NCBI GenBank assembly: GCA_038845265.1
Contig: JAWBQR010000007.1
Coordinates: 1-64,000, forward strand
DNA from: Nitrososphaerota archaeon
GTDB lineage: Archaea > Thermoproteota > Nitrososphaeria_A > Caldarchaeales > Calditenuaceae
Direction: 5' to 3'
Length of the DNA stretch: 64,000 nucleotides
Shown here: one piece after another, positions 60,183 to 64,000 of the stretch
Layout of the letters: each line of letters begins with the position of its first letter
How positions within the stretch are numbered: position 1 is the stretch's first letter
The notes under the pieces: model-generated
Databases searched by the model: none
What the model was told of the DNA's origin: nothing
Seen by the model: the letters and a program-made list of their open reading frames with translations, nothing else
Position numbers and translations under genes: made by a program

Positions 60183-62038
60183 CCTCCCTCCCTCCAGACT
60201 ATCTTGACTAGGCCAACTCTAGGGGACTCATCAGTCGGGCTCATTCTGGAAAGTGTAAAACGCATAGTGATTTTCTCATTTACGGCAGGTATCAATAGGA
60301 AGTCAGAGTCAATATTGAGCGTAGGCAGCTCGGATTCAAGATTGATCCAGTTTAATATCTCGATATCAGCATCCGTCAGGTAGGTCTCGCTTCTAGTCCA
60401 GACCCCAGCATGGACGCGTAGATTCGCTGTGAGGTAATTCTGCGATGATTGATGCAGCCTCACCGTGACGTAGCCATCATTCATCGAGTATAGATATAGG
60501 CGAAACATCTTCATTCCGCTTAGTCTCCAGCCGAGTAGCCTCGAGCTTGGATAGATAAGCCTCATAACTCCAGGGCCAGTCCTATTAGCCATGATGCTGC
60601 GGCCCGACACGATAGATAACGCAGACCTAGTAACTGCCGCGTTCTCAGATATCCATAATGATTCGTCACTCGTCAATTCTCCCGGCACCTTTGGGAGATA
60701 CCTGAATTCATAGTCTGGCGGTAAGTCTCGCTCTACTACTTTTCCATCACTCTTCAACAACTCAACTTTTACCTCTCCTTTATTCTCTCTGCATAGATAG
60801 TGTGTCCTGAGCCATCTCGTGAAGAGTGAGGACTGCGGCGTGTAGCTAAACTCAAAGCTTCCAGATGTATATCCAGCCGCTAGGCATGCCTCGCCATTCT
60901 CGTCCAACACGATGTTTGTGGGGTTCTCTAATACTAGTGGAGGCTTGTTGATGATTCTTATTGTCCTCGTGTCTGCCTGTAGTTTCTGCGCCATCATGAC
61001 CGTGGATACGAGTGCAGAGACATCGCTGAGCGCCTCGGCGGCTGATAGGCGATGTCCAAACCTAGAGGTAGTCTCTCCCCTCATTAATTCATCGAGAAAT
61101 TCTTCGAGGTATTCCCTGACCCCTCCAAGCACCACTGTCCTAGTCCTCTCAGATATTGATGGCTGGTATTCGATTCCGAGGACGACCATCTCTTTCTCCA
61201 ATAATCCAAGTGATGGTAGATTGATGGTCAGCGTCTCTCCTATGTCTATCCCGATTGTTCTGAAGGTCTCAGAGGCGACCTCGAGTTTTAGGCTGAGTCC
61301 CCGCTCCTTCTCCATCATTAGCCTAGTCCTGGCACGTCTCTCAGCCTCAGCTCTACTCGTCAGGAATGGGTCGTGAACTACGAGCGGAGAGTCTCCGGGC
61401 TCCTCTGAACACTCCGCCAAGACTTCTCCATCACTTCCGACATAGATTATCCTATTCCTCATTCTCCATTTGTCCTCTAGTAGTTCAGCCCTCCTCACCT
61501 CGTTCTCGGTTATTGTTCCGAGCGGTGTCTTGGCTGTCTTGGGCCTAAAGATGAGTCTCTTGCCGGGCTTCATGAGTAGGAGAAAGTTTACTCCGCGTGC
61601 AGTGTCTCTCATTACTTCTAGTGCCGATACATTCTCTATCGGCCAGTCAGTCACGAGTTGTTCCCCATCAGCTACATCTGTTGTGTCGACGTCTTTCTCA
61701 AGCTGTGCGAGTTCTCTTATTATTTCTCCCGCGTATGTGCCGGGCCTGTAGAGCCTGAAGACTATGTGTCTGTCATAGCTTATCAGGTAGCTGTATGCTA
61801 GGCACTTCGCCCTAGTCAGTCCCCGCTCCCTTCTAATCTCTCGCTGATAGATTATTCCCTCGAAGACCGGCTCCTCGTCCTCGAGAAGCATTACTTCCCC
61901 GCCCGGAGAGACCTCGCCTAGGTCCGGATTAACTACTTCAAATTCCAGGCTCTCAAGCATGTTGTGCGATATTCTCCTAACCGTGGCTGAGGCACGGTCA
62001 GCGTAGTTGTTCTGCCCTATCAACAACTCGAGGGTCAA
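60179..62038 (-). CDS. Putative tail hub/baseplate protein
   Basis: VFEGII...., AGEIIREL, NRIIYVG, DPFLTSRAEAERRA, IGETLTINLP: tail-hub pattern directly after the tape measure gene. Confidence 0.7.
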   Translation of the reverse strand: MTLELLIGQNNYADRASATVRRISHNMLESLEFEVVNPDLGEVSPGGEVMLLEDEEPVFEGIIYQREIRRERGLTRAKCLAYSYLISYDRHIVFRLYRPGTYAGEIIRELAQLEKDVDTTDVADGEQLVTDWPIENVSALEVMRDTARGVNFLLLMKPGKRLIFRPKTAKTPLGTITENEVRRAELLEDKWRMRNRIIYVGSDGEVLAECSEEPGDSPLVVHDPFLTSRAEAERRARTRLMMEKERGLSLKLEVASETFRTIGIDIGETLTINLPSLGLLEKEMVVLGIEYQPSISERTRTVVLGGVREYLEEFLDELMRGETTSRFGHRLSAAEALSDVSALVSTVMMAQKLQADTRTIRIINKPPLVLENPTNIVLDENGEACLAAGYTSGSFEFSYTPQSSLFTRWLRTHYLCRENKGEVKVELLKSDGKVVERDLPPDYEFRYLPKVPGELTSDESLWISENAAVTRSALSIVSGRSIMANRTGPGVMRLIYPSSRLLGWRLSGMKMFRLYLYSMNDGYVTVRLHQSSQNYLTANLRVHAGVWTRSETYLTDADIEILNWINLESELPTLNIDSDFLLIPAVNEKITMRFTLSRMSPTDESPRVGLVKIVWREGG

Positions 62039-63439
62039 TTATATCACGCCCCTCAGGCGACGCATGATTGTTGCTCCCAGTTTTTCAGCAAGCATCTCCC
62101 AGTTATTTTCGCCGAGTGGTTGGGCCACGTTGACTTTGATTGTTAGGCTGATATTGTTTACTCTGGGCTGAGGCATGGTCAACGGATTGTCCATCTCTAT
62201 GACTGTAATGGTATCTCTCCTAAGGTCCTCAAGCATACTCATTGTTTTTCTAGTTCCCCAGTCATACCAGCTGATTATTCCCCTCCACATATCTGGCACG
62301 ACTGAGTGTCCCACCAGCGTGTCGTGGAGCCACTTGAATGCATCCTTGACGGACTTTGTTAGTCCCTCTATCCATCCAGTAATCGTGTCTATCGCTGACT
62401 TAATCACCCTAGTTATTGCTTCCCAGATCTTCTTTATTGATTCTTGAGCCCACTCAAATGCCTGGATCCAGCTCTTCACATAGTTGATGAAGAGTCCGGC
62501 AATAAACTCTCCTAGAGGTCTTAAAACCTTCTCCCATAGCCACGTCAACGCATCTCCAAGCGATCTACCAGCAGACGAGAATACATCAAGCATGCTGATT
62601 ACTACTTGGATGCTCTTCTGGAAGACTGAGGCCAAAAACTCGGCCAGCGGTTTTAATACATTCTCCATGACCCAGCTCAGGACTGGGCCGAAGAAGTCAC
62701 CTATCGCTCGGGCTAGCGAGTTTACTGCATCCCTAAAGCCGAGGAAGTTTGTCTCGTAGGCGGCGATTAGGGCGCCGATAGCCGTCAGGGCTATCCCGAT
62801 CGGGCCTAGCGCGACGTTAAGACCCATGAAGCTGACCTTCAGTGAATTAATTCCGCCGACCATCATGGGCACCGTCTTGGCGAGTGCTGCTAAGGAGTTT
62901 GCTGCCTGTATCCCCTGGGGAACTAGTCCAACTAAGCTGACACCCATCGCGACTACTTGCATCTGTGCATCTCTCTGAGCATCTTCTAGGCTTCTTGTAG
63001 CCTTCTCCAGGTCCTTCTCGGCCTTCTCCAGTTCTCGCTGCGCCTTGATAGATTCCTCGACACTTCCAGCAGAGAGGAAACGGTTCAACGCCTGCTCGTA
63101 TCTTTCGTGGGCCTCACTCAAGGCGAGCTGCGCAGTATTGACCCTAGTCATCGCGGTGTTCCAGGCATTGAAGAGTGAGAGAGTCCTAGAACCGAGCGCG
63201 GCGATGTTGTTTAGCTGTCCGGCCACGAACTGCGCTCTTTCACCAAATATCTGTGATTCTTCAGCAATAGCTCGAAGGATTTGTCTCTGTTCTCTAGACT
63301 CCCTGACGACATCTGCAGCCATCCTCTTAACGGTCTCGTTACTTTCTCCAAGCTCCTTTACTGCCTCCGAGACCGTCTTTATGCTAGGCGTAGCCCTATC
63401 CTCAGCGACAAAACTAATCCTGACCTCTTCTCTGGACAT
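62039..63439 (-). CDS. Tail tape measure protein (short, 466 aa)
   Basis: N-terminal I.F.AEDRAT, coiled coil, hydrophobic LGPIGIAL..IGAL, YETNFLGFRDAV, periodic W/F repeats, VGHS. Confidence 0.82.
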   Translation of the reverse strand: MSREEVRISFVAEDRATPSIKTVSEAVKELGESNETVKRMAADVVRESREQRQILRAIAEESQIFGERAQFVAGQLNNIAALGSRTLSLFNAWNTAMTRVNTAQLALSEAHERYEQALNRFLSAGSVEESIKAQRELEKAEKDLEKATRSLEDAQRDAQMQVVAMGVSLVGLVPQGIQAANSLAALAKTVPMMVGGINSLKVSFMGLNVALGPIGIALTAIGALIAAYETNFLGFRDAVNSLARAIGDFFGPVLSWVMENVLKPLAEFLASVFQKSIQVVISMLDVFSSAGRSLGDALTWLWEKVLRPLGEFIAGLFINYVKSWIQAFEWAQESIKKIWEAITRVIKSAIDTITGWIEGLTKSVKDAFKWLHDTLVGHSVVPDMWRGIISWYDWGTRKTMSMLEDLRRDTITVIEMDNPLTMPQPRVNNISLTIKVNVAQPLGENNWEMLAEKLGATIMRRLRGVI

Positions 63440-63467
63440 CTAAGAATAATCATATCAAAAGCCAGTT

Positions 63468-63475
63468 ATTATAAA
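63468..63475 (-). promoter_or_regulatory. TATA-like box upstream of the tape measure gene
   Basis: TTTATAAT on the minus strand about 30 bp before the ATG in a 75-bp AT-rich spacer. Confidence 0.35.
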
Positions 63476-63514
63476 CTCTCAAATAAATAATTAATTATTG
63501 ATAACAAATTAAAA

Positions 63515-63922
63515 TTAGAGTATTTTTAGCTGATTGTTTAGTATTTTGTCTTTGTTCTCTTTCCATGTGTCTATTGCTCTCGAGATGAATCCTGAGGGCT
63601 TGATTCCTGGATGAATCTTTATGAATCGCCAGCCGGCACCATTGATCAATACTGATCTTTGGAGAGTGAATGGTTTGACTCCCTTCTCGACGTATAGTGT
63701 GTATGGGGCCTCCGAGACGACTTCATAAAGTAGTTCATCTCTCCTAGATACTTTAATCGAGGATGATAGCCTCCCAGTCCTCCTCGGTGCCAATGCTGCG
63801 GAGACCGATGCAACCAGCTCGGCGCTCGCCTCAAGATATTTCGTCATCAAAAGTCTGTACTTCTCTGGATTTAGCTTCTCCAGCACTTTCTCTATTCCGC
63901 TTATAGATATATCTATGGACAT
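63515..63922 (-). CDS. HK97 gp10-like tail/neck protein
   Basis: I.ISGIEK...L, APRRTGRLSSSI, APY..YVEKG, HPGIKP..FI..A. Confidence 0.82.
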   Translation of the reverse strand: MSIDISISGIEKVLEKLNPEKYRLLMTKYLEASAELVASVSAALAPRRTGRLSSSIKVSRRDELLYEVVSEAPYTLYVEKGVKPFTLQRSVLINGAGWRFIKIHPGIKPSGFISRAIDTWKENKDKILNNQLKIL

Positions 63923-64000
63923 CTCTGCTTCTTTTGGTTCTTTAATCTCTTCTTCGCTACGTGTGAGTATAGTACGAGGTCTAGGAGCAGGTCTCTGAGT

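Larger units (their letters stand above)
57943..64000 (-). mobile_element. Virus-derived tail module (continues beyond the window)
   Basis: gp10-like, tape measure, tail hub and adhesin genes, co-oriented and tightly packed. Confidence 0.75.

Noticed and set aside
45664-64000. One contiguous provirus carrying its own PolD, GGGP synthase and Elf1
   Set aside because: The intervening genes look like ordinary host core genes, DP2's partner DP1 lies outside the module beside cdc6, the modules face opposite ways, and no integrase or att was seen. Not fully excluded without flanking sequence.
1-64000. CRISPR array, rRNA genes, IS elements
   Set aside because: No regularly spaced direct repeats, rRNA-like sequence or transposase ORF seen by eye.

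Overview
Archaeal chromosomal window. The host is probably a PolD-encoding TACK/Thermoproteota lineage such as Aigarchaeota/Caldarchaeales, inferred from PolD DP1+DP2, Elf1, a short XPF, a GGGP synthase and a non-canonical tRNA intron. The first ~39 kb is a mix of housekeeping genes (psmB, argG, deoC, tmk, thpR, xpf), AT-rich ABC transporters and a block of secreted hydrolase/surface genes. At 39.4-42.9 kb there is an intron-containing tRNA-Pro, a likely replication origin with two inverted ORB boxes, cdc6 and PolD DP1. The most notable feature is an apparently intact HK97-type head-tail virion gene set split into two oppositely oriented modules woven into this core region. A head module (portal, prohead protease, cement, major capsid, two RHH regulators, holin-like protein; 45.7-51.1 kb) lies between PolD DP1 and DP2. 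A tail module (gp10-like, short tape measure, hub, adhesin; 57.9-64 kb, running off the window) lies beyond DP2, GGGP synthase, Elf1 and an aberrant tRNA-Gly-like gene. No integrase, terminase, viral replication gene or att repeat is visible in the window. This fits a domesticated virus or gene-transfer-agent-like system (inference). All product calls are from motif recognition by eye; no database searches were run.
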